Source: Planctomycetota bacterium (GTDB lineage: Bacteria; Planctomycetota; UBA8108; SXIK01). From it: 64,000 nucleotides of DNA. This document shows positions 57,304 through 64,000 of the stretch, in pieces; the stretch's first letter is position 1; each line of letters opens with the position of its first letter. Location: contig OZ244999.1 in NCBI GenBank assembly GCA_965223265.1, positions 8,672,001-8,736,000 on the forward strand, read 5' to 3'. Below the pieces are notes generated by a model that had not been told where the DNA came from, did not search any database, and worked only from the letters and a program-made list of their open reading frames with translations. The translations under genes and the position numbers were made by a program.

Positions 57304-58383
57304 TCAATGGCCCTCGACGGTGACTTTCAGGTCGTAGTTTCCAGACGCGCCGCCTGGATTCCAGATGAATGAGACGACGCCGACGTAGAGGCGGCCCGTC
57401 GACTTGGCTGTCCCTTTGTAGCTGCTGCCGATGAGAAAAGGCTTGCCGGACTTGCCGATGCGGCCGACGAGGGACAGTGTTGGAAAGCCATGAAAGCTAC
57501 GGTTGTTGCGGTAGTTGTTGGTACCGTCCGGACCGCAGCTGACACCGTAGTTGCTGACCGAGATCTGCCCGGAAGCGCTCATGCGGACTTTCTGACCCTT
57601 CTCGACCTCAAATTTGGTGTCGAGCCACTTGCCGGGTAGTTGATAGCTCGCCGCGACCGCGATCTTTTTGTTCGCTGGCCCAGCGACGCTGAAGACGATT
57701 CCAGAGAGCTTGCTCGTGGCAACGTCGAGCGTGCCATAAGGACTGCGCACACGAAAGCTGTCTTGAACGACTGTGCCGCGGATCGTCATGCGCGCCGACA
57801 CGACCTCGTCTTCGCGGCCGTACACCTTTTTGACTGAGTCCTCCTCGACCTCTCCCTGCTCCTCTTCTTCGGCGTAGATCTCAGTGATGAGCTCCTGCGA
57901 CCGCGATTGAATCTCCTCGTTTTTAGACTTGGAGGCCTGGCGCAAAAACGGTAACGCTTTGGCTCCAATCTCCGCCAGCTTCTCGGTAGCCTCCTCGCGT
58001 GTGTCGAAATCCTCGCTGCCGAGTTTCTCGATCCAACCTTCGATGCGCGCCCGCAGCTCTTCGTCGGTGCGTTCAGCGAATCGAATGCGGATAAGATCCT
58101 TGGTCGGCACCTTCAACACCCCGTACGCGGTCTTCACAGCGATGCTGTCAATGTCCGGCTGGCCCGCGAGTTTGCTGTTGTCGCGGAAATAGAAGAGAGG
58201 GCTTACCTTCTTTTGGTCAGTGTTCCCTGGAGTTGCCGCTGCGGGCTCTGCCGCGGCACTCGATGGCGCAGGACCGCCGAGCACAGCTCTGACGCGTCCG
58301 CGACGCGCTTGTGCAAACAGCGAGGAAACACAACAGGTGACGAGAACGAGCGCTGTGACGCCGACTTGCTGGCGCATCATCAT
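57304..58383 (-). CDS. Hypothetical secreted protein (repeat-HEAT-repeat plus lectin-like C-terminus)
   Basis: Signal peptide; LGSEDFDTREEATEKL HEAT-like; WLDT..SLVGRIG..PFLIGS..GRLY resembling LecA/PA-IL-like beta domains. Confidence 0.7.
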   Translation of the reverse strand: MMMRQQVGVTALVLVTCCVSSLFAQARRGRVRAVLGGPAPSSAAAEPAAATPGNTDQKKVSPLFYFRDNSKLAGQPDIDSIAVKTAYGVLKVPTKDLIRIRFAERTDEELRARIEGWIEKLGSEDFDTREEATEKLAEIGAKALPFLRQASKSKNEEIQSRSQELITEIYAEEEEQGEVEEDSVKKVYGREDEVVSARMTIRGTVVQDSFRVRSPYGTLDVATSKLSGIVFSVAGPANKKIAVAASYQLPGKWLDTKFEVEKGQKVRMSASGQISVSNYGVSCGPDGTNNYRNNRSFHGFPTLSLVGRIGKSGKPFLIGSSYKGTAKSTGRLYVGVVSFIWNPGGASGNYDLKVTVEGH

Positions 58384-58615
58384 CTGAAGCCCCTTTCATT
58401 GCGAAGAGCAGGGAAAAAACGGCGCGGTGAAGCCAAGGTCAACAGTATCTTAGTGGGCATCCAGAACCCTGTCCACAAAGGCAGAAGCCCTCGCCGTTGT
58501 TTCGACGAGCGGCGGCGAAGCACGGCCCCCCTTATCTATCGGCTGACGGGCGCTTTGGGGCTTGATCGAGCTCGGAAGAATCCCTCGTTCGTTTTCCGGA
58601 AGTGACAGAAAGCCA

Positions 58616-59830
58616 ATGAGTTGTGTCGAGTTTCAGCCGCCGGCGGCGACCACTTTTGTCATCGGCGGCGGTGTCCAAGGCTTGGCGTTGGCGCGCGAGC
58701 TGCGGCATTGGGGCGTGCCTTCCGTGGCTATATTGGAGCGTGGTCGAGTGGGTGAGAGCGCCCGGGGCGTCGCCAGCACCGCGGCTATGGGACTCCTGCT
58801 GCACCCAGGCGATCGCCGGTCGCTGTTGGGTCGACTGCAGCGGCAGAGCTGCGAGAGATACGAGTCTTTTTGTCGTCGTCTCGAGAACGAAACCGGAATC
58901 AACTCAGGCTATCGCCGTCTTGGCGCGCTCCACTTGCGGGATCGCGCGCCGACACGTCAACGCGGTCGCCGCTTGGTCGAGTCGTACGCTCGCTGTGGGC
59001 TTAGGGCGCGCTGGCTCACAGCAGACGACGCAGCAAGCCTAGTGCCAGGACTCGACTCCGGGTCGTTCGGAGCGGCGCTGCACGTCCCTGGCGAAGCTGT
59101 CGTGCAGCCGACGTTGCTGCTCGCGGCGCTCAGGGAGTCGTGCCAGCGCGCTGGGGTCGTCGTCCGTGAGGGAGTTGGCGACGTCCGCATCGTTCTTGGC
59201 GAAAGCGTGCGCATCGAGTGTGAGTCTGCTCCGGCGATGGTTGCCTCGCGAGTCATTGCTACAGCTGGTGCATGGACGACTGAGCTCTTCGAGCCGGGGA
59301 TAGGTGTCGAGGGGCGCGTCGTCCCTGTGCGTGGCCAAGCGCTAGCGTTGGAACTCGATCTTGGTGGTGCGCCGGCAGTGCACTGGAGTGCCGGGGGCGG
59401 AACGTACTACCTCGTGCCACAAGAGGACGGCACAACATGGGCGGGAAGTACGGTCGAGCACGTCGGGTATGACACTGCCACGTCGTCGGCCGCGGTTGAT
59501 GAGCTCGTCGCGGCGGCGCGCGCCGTGGTGCCGGCGGCCAGGAAGTCCAGGGTCACCGGAGTTTGGTCGGGGCTGCGGCCGCAAGCTCGCAGCCGCGGTG
59601 GTCCGTTCCTCGGTCCTGTGCCCGGGCGTCGCGACGCGTGGCTCGCCTGCGGACACTACAAGAGCGGGATCCTTCTCGCGCCGTTGTCGGCGCAGCTGGT
59701 CGCGGCTCAGCTGATTGGGGATGGGGGTATCACGCCTGGCGGCGCGGGCGCTAACGATCGACCGACGGAGATCTCGTTTGAGCTCGAGGAACTCAAAGCG
59801 CTGTGGCTGGAGAACCGTCGCGACGACTGA
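58616..59830 (+). CDS. FAD-dependent oxidoreductase, glycine oxidase ThiO/DAO family
   Basis: IGGGVQG, ASTAAMG, AGAW, PVRGQ, GSTVE, WSGLRP, GHYKSGILLAP. Confidence 0.85.
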   Translation: MSCVEFQPPAATTFVIGGGVQGLALARELRHWGVPSVAILERGRVGESARGVASTAAMGLLLHPGDRRSLLGRLQRQSCERYESFCRRLENETGINSGYRRLGALHLRDRAPTRQRGRRLVESYARCGLRARWLTADDAASLVPGLDSGSFGAALHVPGEAVVQPTLLLAALRESCQRAGVVVREGVGDVRIVLGESVRIECESAPAMVASRVIATAGAWTTELFEPGIGVEGRVVPVRGQALALELDLGGAPAVHWSAGGGTYYLVPQEDGTTWAGSTVEHVGYDTATSSAAVDELVAAARAVVPAARKSRVTGVWSGLRPQARSRGGPFLGPVPGRRDAWLACGHYKSGILLAPLSAQLVAAQLIGDGGITPGGAGANDRPTEISFELEELKALWLENRRDD

Positions 59831-59899
59831 GGCATCGTCTGGATCGCTCCAGGCGAGGTCTTGTGATCGCGCGCAGGTTGACCACCAAGCCCGTGCGAT

Positions 59900-60253
59900 C
59901 TATGCCTGCCCACCAAACGCGGTGCCGGCCCAGTTGAACTCGGGCTGCGTATAGACCTCGATGTCCCCGGTCACCTTCGTCTGGCACGACAGCCGTACTT
60001 CATGCTCGTGTCCGATGCTGAAGAACCCCATGGCGGTGCGCGCTTTCTCCATCAGCGTTCGCTGGTTGGTGTTCTCCATTCCCGCTTTGATGTAGACGCG
60101 GCATTCGCCGCACTGCGAGAAACCGCGGCAATTTAGGTACTTGTGCACGCCTGGGTAGAGCTGGATCCCCGCGTCGAGCGCGACCTTGCGCAGGTTCGCG
60201 CCTTCTGCGCATTCGACTTCTTTGTTTTCGCGGATGAATCGAACTTTCGGCAT
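59900..60253 (-). CDS. 2Fe-2S ferredoxin
   Basis: CRGFSQCGECRV..RLSCQ. Confidence 0.9.
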   Translation of the reverse strand: MPKVRFIRENKEVECAEGANLRKVALDAGIQLYPGVHKYLNCRGFSQCGECRVYIKAGMENTNQRTLMEKARTAMGFFSIGHEHEVRLSCQTKVTGDIEVYTQPEFNWAGTAFGGQA

Positions 60254-60488
60254 GGCTTCGTCTCTTTTGGTGGACTCGAGGCGCCCGAGCTCTGCGGACG
60301 AGCTCTGCGGACGATGTGAGGCGCGCGGCGAATGTGCTGCGCCGCCCTCTTCCTAACAAATAGCCGTTTGAAGTCGCGGGTTGGCAACGCGGGGCTTTCT
60401 CGGGAGCTCCCCGCACGGCGACGTCCCCCTCGGGGCCTGGTCGGACCGCCGAGAGAGCGCGCTATTTTAGAGTCCGACGAAGCGGCTT

Positions 60489-61457
60489 TCAACGGGGAGC
60501 CGGTGGCGATGAGATCTCCGCCATGATCTTCTCAAACTGCTCCCGATACTCCTCGTCGGTCAGAGCACCCTCGCTCCGCAGCTGTTTGATCCAGCGCAGG
60601 CGCCGCTCTATGTCTTCGAGGCGCGCTGCCTCCTGGGGGTCCGCGGTTGCCGCGGCGTTCCCGCCTGGGACTGTGGCCGCGGGAGCGGGCGTCGCGGCAG
60701 AGGCCGCTGTGCCCGCAGAAGGTGAGTGCGGCAAGCTCGTCCTGCTCGGCGGCACGCTTGGGCCCGGGGCGACCGCAGCGCCGAGTGCCTGAGGCGACGT
60801 GGGTGGGGGCTGAGGCGCAGGCGTCACCGCCGCGATGTCGATTTCCAGCCAGCTGCGACGTTTTTTGCCGTTTTCGTCGACATGAAATTTGGCACCGGCG
60901 ATTTGGAAGAGCTCCTCGCTGCGGTCCTTTTCGAGCGGGTCGTACGGGAAGACCATGGATTCGGGTCGACCATCTTCTGGGGTCGAGATGCGGTCGTTGA
61001 TCGCATCAAAAGCGACGTCAAGAAAGCCAGGAGCGGTCGAGAACATAACACCGGACGTCCCGGACAGGCCAACGACGATGCTCGCCCAGTCGCTTTGCGC
61101 GACGACAAAGCGCAGCCGCTGGTTCGGGGTCAGTGTGGCCAGGGCGGTAGAGAACGCCTCTGCGAGTTGGCCGACGTCCTTGGGGCGGAAGACGTAACGG
61201 GTCTCAGCGCCGCGGAACAGTGGCTTCTCGGCGTACGTCAACTGGCTAAGAATCAGGGCGATTTTCTCCGTTGATATCTGCACCGGGTGCTCGAAGCCGA
61301 AGGGCGTCTCCCCGCCCTCGTCCGTCTCGAGATACTCGGAATAAAGGACGGTGTCGTCGATGTGAAAGAGCGGAGTGCGTTTCCACGGTGACGCACACGC
61401 TGAAAGCGTCAGCGTCGCCGTTAGCAAGGAAATCGACAGCAGGCGCACGGGCAACAT
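60489..61457 (-). CDS. Lipoprotein with Pro/Ala linker and C-terminal SHOCT domain
   Basis: Lipobox LSAC; RLRWIKQLRSEGALTDEEYREQ SHOCT-like. Confidence 0.75.
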   Translation of the reverse strand: MLPVRLLSISLLTATLTLSACASPWKRTPLFHIDDTVLYSEYLETDEGGETPFGFEHPVQISTEKIALILSQLTYAEKPLFRGAETRYVFRPKDVGQLAEAFSTALATLTPNQRLRFVVAQSDWASIVVGLSGTSGVMFSTAPGFLDVAFDAINDRISTPEDGRPESMVFPYDPLEKDRSEELFQIAGAKFHVDENGKKRRSWLEIDIAAVTPAPQPPPTSPQALGAAVAPGPSVPPSRTSLPHSPSAGTAASAATPAPAATVPGGNAAATADPQEAARLEDIERRLRWIKQLRSEGALTDEEYREQFEKIMAEISSPPAPR

Positions 61458-61567
61458 CGGCAGTCTTCTTTCTGGTTTTCTGTGGTTCGCGTCTCGGCGG
61501 TCAAAGGTGCCAGCTTGTTTCCGTAGCATCAAGGTGGTTGTGAGTGCATTCTTCGCCTTGCACCCCA

Positions 61568-61755
61568 CTGGGCTGCTGGGTAGGGTAGAACCCTAACGTC
61601 TACAATGAGATGAAGGTGAACCGTCGTTGGCGCTCCGACGCGAACGCGGTGTTCGTCGTCTTCGTAGTAGGTGTCAGGCTACCCGTTGCGGTAAGCGCGC
61701 TGCGTCGACTCTCAGATTGAACCACGGATCAAATCCGGATCGCTGCGTAGCCCAG
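61568..61755 (+). ncRNA. Candidate structured RNA (weakly 6S-like)
   Basis: 9-bp terminal stem CTGGGCTGC/GTAGCCCAG; 188 nt; internal TGGCGCTCCG and CTGCGTCGAC..TTGAACCA segments; unverified. Confidence 0.2.
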
Positions 61756-61802
61756 CTTGCGTCTGAGCTCTTTTCGGGAGCTTGTCACTCGGAGCTGAGA
61801 TT

Positions 61803-62987
61803 TTGAAACCAGATCTTTCACGACGTAGATTTCTCGTCCACTCTGCGAGTGTCGCGGGCGCCTCGCTCGCCCTCAGCAGCCGCCGCGCTCAGGGCGGCGA
61901 CGCCGAGCGCACCGTTCGCCTCGGTGTCATCGGCTTGGGCGATCGTGGCCGCAACCTCCTTGCTGCGCTCCTTCGCCTCGAGGAGTCGTCAGAGACGATC
62001 ACGCCGCACGTGGCTGCGCTTTGTGACGTCCACCCGCAGCGTCTGCGGCGTGGGCTCGACATGGTCAAGCGCCGACAGTCGTCGCCGGCGTCTCGGGCAG
62101 GGTCAGGCGGCGGTGTCCGGGGTTTCACGAACTACCGGCAGTTGATCGACGCGCGAGACATTGACGCGGTCGTTGTCGCGACGCCCGTACAGCTCCACGC
62201 TGCGCACGGCACCAGCGTGCTCTACTCCGGTAAGCACCTCTATCTCGAGAAGCCACTCGCTGCCACGATCAGTGAGTGCTTGGAGCTTGAAGCTGCATGC
62301 TGCGCTGCGCAGCAACGAGGCGTGCTCTTTCAGGTTGGACTTCAGAAGCGATTCAATCCGCGCTATCAGATCAGTATCGACCATCTGCGGAAGGGGAGCA
62401 TCGGCGCACCGCTCTACGTGCGCGCTCAATGGCACGCAACCGGGAACTCTCCTAAGGACAAGCCGTGGATCTTCCAGCGCGACAAGTCGGGCGACATAGT
62501 TGTCGAACAAGGGTGCCACCAGCTCGACATCATTAACTGGGCGCTGGGTTCGACACCCGAGCGCGCGTGTGGGCTCGGTGGCATCGGTTGCTACATCGAA
62601 CAGCCGCCAGGACGAGATACCATGGACCACTACGGTCTCGTCCTTGAGTATCCCGGTGGTGTCACTGTCAATATCAGTCATCTCAGTTTCGCGGTTCCCG
62701 ATCGAAGGTTTTCCGGGATTTACGAGCTTGTTTTCGCGTCGCAAGGTGGTGTTGATTTGCAGAACGCGCACGCCTGGACTCGCGACGGGAAGTCGTATCA
62801 CCTGGAGGCCGCCCGCGGCAACGACACGGAATTGGCGCTGGCGTCGTTTCTTCATTCCATCCAGAGTGGCTCGCCACCAACAACCGGGATCGAGGTGGCG
62901 AAGTCTGCGGCGTTCACTGCGATTATGTGTCAGCGAGCGCTCACGGGTGGACGCAGTGTGTCGTGGCGGGAGGTCGACAGCGCGTGA
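61803..62987 (+). CDS. Tat-exported Gfo/Idh/MocA oxidoreductase
   Basis: SRRRFL signal; GVIGLGDRG; LEKP; QVGLQKR; VEQGCHQLD. Confidence 0.88.
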   Translation: MKPDLSRRRFLVHSASVAGASLALSSRRAQGGDAERTVRLGVIGLGDRGRNLLAALLRLEESSETITPHVAALCDVHPQRLRRGLDMVKRRQSSPASRAGSGGGVRGFTNYRQLIDARDIDAVVVATPVQLHAAHGTSVLYSGKHLYLEKPLAATISECLELEAACCAAQQRGVLFQVGLQKRFNPRYQISIDHLRKGSIGAPLYVRAQWHATGNSPKDKPWIFQRDKSGDIVVEQGCHQLDIINWALGSTPERACGLGGIGCYIEQPPGRDTMDHYGLVLEYPGGVTVNISHLSFAVPDRRFSGIYELVFASQGGVDLQNAHAWTRDGKSYHLEAARGNDTELALASFLHSIQSGSPPTTGIEVAKSAAFTAIMCQRALTGGRSVSWREVDSA

Positions 62988-64000
62988 GTTCCGCGGTTGC
63001 GAGTCGCCACCACGTTCTTGTGGCGCTCGTGTCGCTCCTTGCATTCGTCCTGCCGAGTGCGCTCTACGATCTGCAGCTTCCGGACGAACCGCGTGTCGCG
63101 CACACAAGTCTAGAAACCGCTCGCAGCGCTGGCGTCGTCGTACCGACCGTCAACGGCGAGCCGTTTCTGCAGACGCCGCCGCTCTACTACGTGACGCTGG
63201 GCCTGTGGCAGCGTACTTTTGGCGTCGAGCCTGACGGCTTGTCGCGCGGTGTGTCGAATGTCTGCGCGATCCTCACGCTTGTGGTAACGATGACGCTCGC
63301 CTGGCGCTTCTTCGGCCGCCTTGGTGCGTTCCTGTGTGGCACAGTCCTCGCGTCGACGTTTCAGTTCTGGGACCTGAGCCACCGCGTCGTCGTCGACATG
63401 ATGCTGACGCTCTTCAACACGATCGGGTTTGTCCTCGTCGTTGAGATTCTGTCTACGCACCGCCCGCGCTTGGTGCACGGTCTGTTGCTCGGCTTCGCAC
63501 TCGCCTTGTCGTTCCTGACGAAAGGGGTGCCGGGGCCGTCGTTTCTCGCTGCGACGACGGTCGCCGTCTTCATGGTCTATCGCCGCGCGTTGACCCCAGC
63601 GCGTTTGCGTGTCTTCGGCGTGGCCGTGATCGCCGCCGTCGCTGTCGTCGCGCCGTGGGTGTGGGCGCTCTACCAGGTCGACCCCAGCTACCCCCGAGAG
63701 CTGTTGCTGGCGCACGTCTTGGACCGAGCCATGCGCGGGACCTCCCACAATCCGCACAACTTCGACTTCGCGCATCGCGCGCTCCTCCATATCCTGCCGT
63801 GGACACCGTTTCTTTTAGCCGCCCTTGGGAGCCGCCTCCGCTCGGTTCGTTGGCGTAGGTTAGGTCGACGCCGTTGGTCCGAGCTTGATCAGCACCAAAG
63901 ATGCGCCACCTTGGCGTTGCTCTACGTTTTAGTGCCAGCCGCACTGCTCGCCTTGTCGCGGGCGAAGCGAGATCTCTACTTGCTGCCGTGCGTTCCGGCG
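62984..64000 (+). CDS. ArnT/PMT-like (GT39) membrane glycosyltransferase, partial (runs off window)
   Basis: Manual translation from GTG 62984: ...PDEPRVA...PTVNGEPFLQTPPLYY...VVVDM...LTKG; absent from the ORF track because no stop lies in the window. Confidence 0.8.
   Translation, partial: MSSAVASRHHVLVALVSLLAFVLPSALYDLQLPDEPRVAHTSLETARSAGVVVPTVNGEPFLQTPPLYYVTLGLWQRTFGVEPDGLSRGVSNVCAILTLVVTMTLAWRFFGRLGAFLCGTVLASTFQFWDLSHRVVVDMMLTLFNTIGFVLVVEILSTHRPRLVHGLLLGFALALSFLTKGVPGPSFLAATTVAVFMVYRRALTPARLRVFGVAVIAAVAVVAPWVWALYQVDPSYPRELLLAHVLDRAMRGTSHNPHNFDFAHRALLHILPWTPFLLAALGSRLRSVRWRRLGRRRWSELDQHQRCATLALLYVLVPAALLALSRAKRDLYLLPCVPA

Overview
GC-rich bacterial chromosomal window, most likely from a Planctomycetota. 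This is inferred from three Tat-exported Gfo/Idh/MocA proteins, a lamin-tail/CotH/dockerin-like protein, a degenerate ZAS anti-sigma and GTAG-type REPs. About 45 CDS are mostly housekeeping or metabolic: a sugar/inositol-type catabolic cluster, trmB, ispH, a UDP-sugar dehydrogenase, rsmD, an RluA-family synthase, an ECF sigma/anti-sigma pair, YihY, ttcA, an orphan eboE, GT2 plus an MsbA-like ABC exporter, bioBFDA, an orphan DNA adenine methylase, tyrA, an M3 peptidase, a ThiO-like oxidase, a ferredoxin and a partial ArnT. I saw no rRNA, tRNA, CRISPR-cas, transposase or prophage genes. The most unusual features are: (1) modular composite intergenic repeat loci built from GTAG-REPs, hexamer tracts sharing an NANNCN register, a ~46-bp module, a ~120-bp module and two (T)TAG-flanked MITE families; (2) a 1567-aa STAND-like ATPase-TPR-GAF-degenerate GGDEF-Fis HTH protein behind a consensus sigma70 promoter and a possible uORF; (3) a tiny CxxC-x21-CxxC protein; (4) candidate structured ncRNAs near 27.1-27.6 kb and 61.6-61.75 kb. 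All domain calls come from motif recognition by eye, not database searches.
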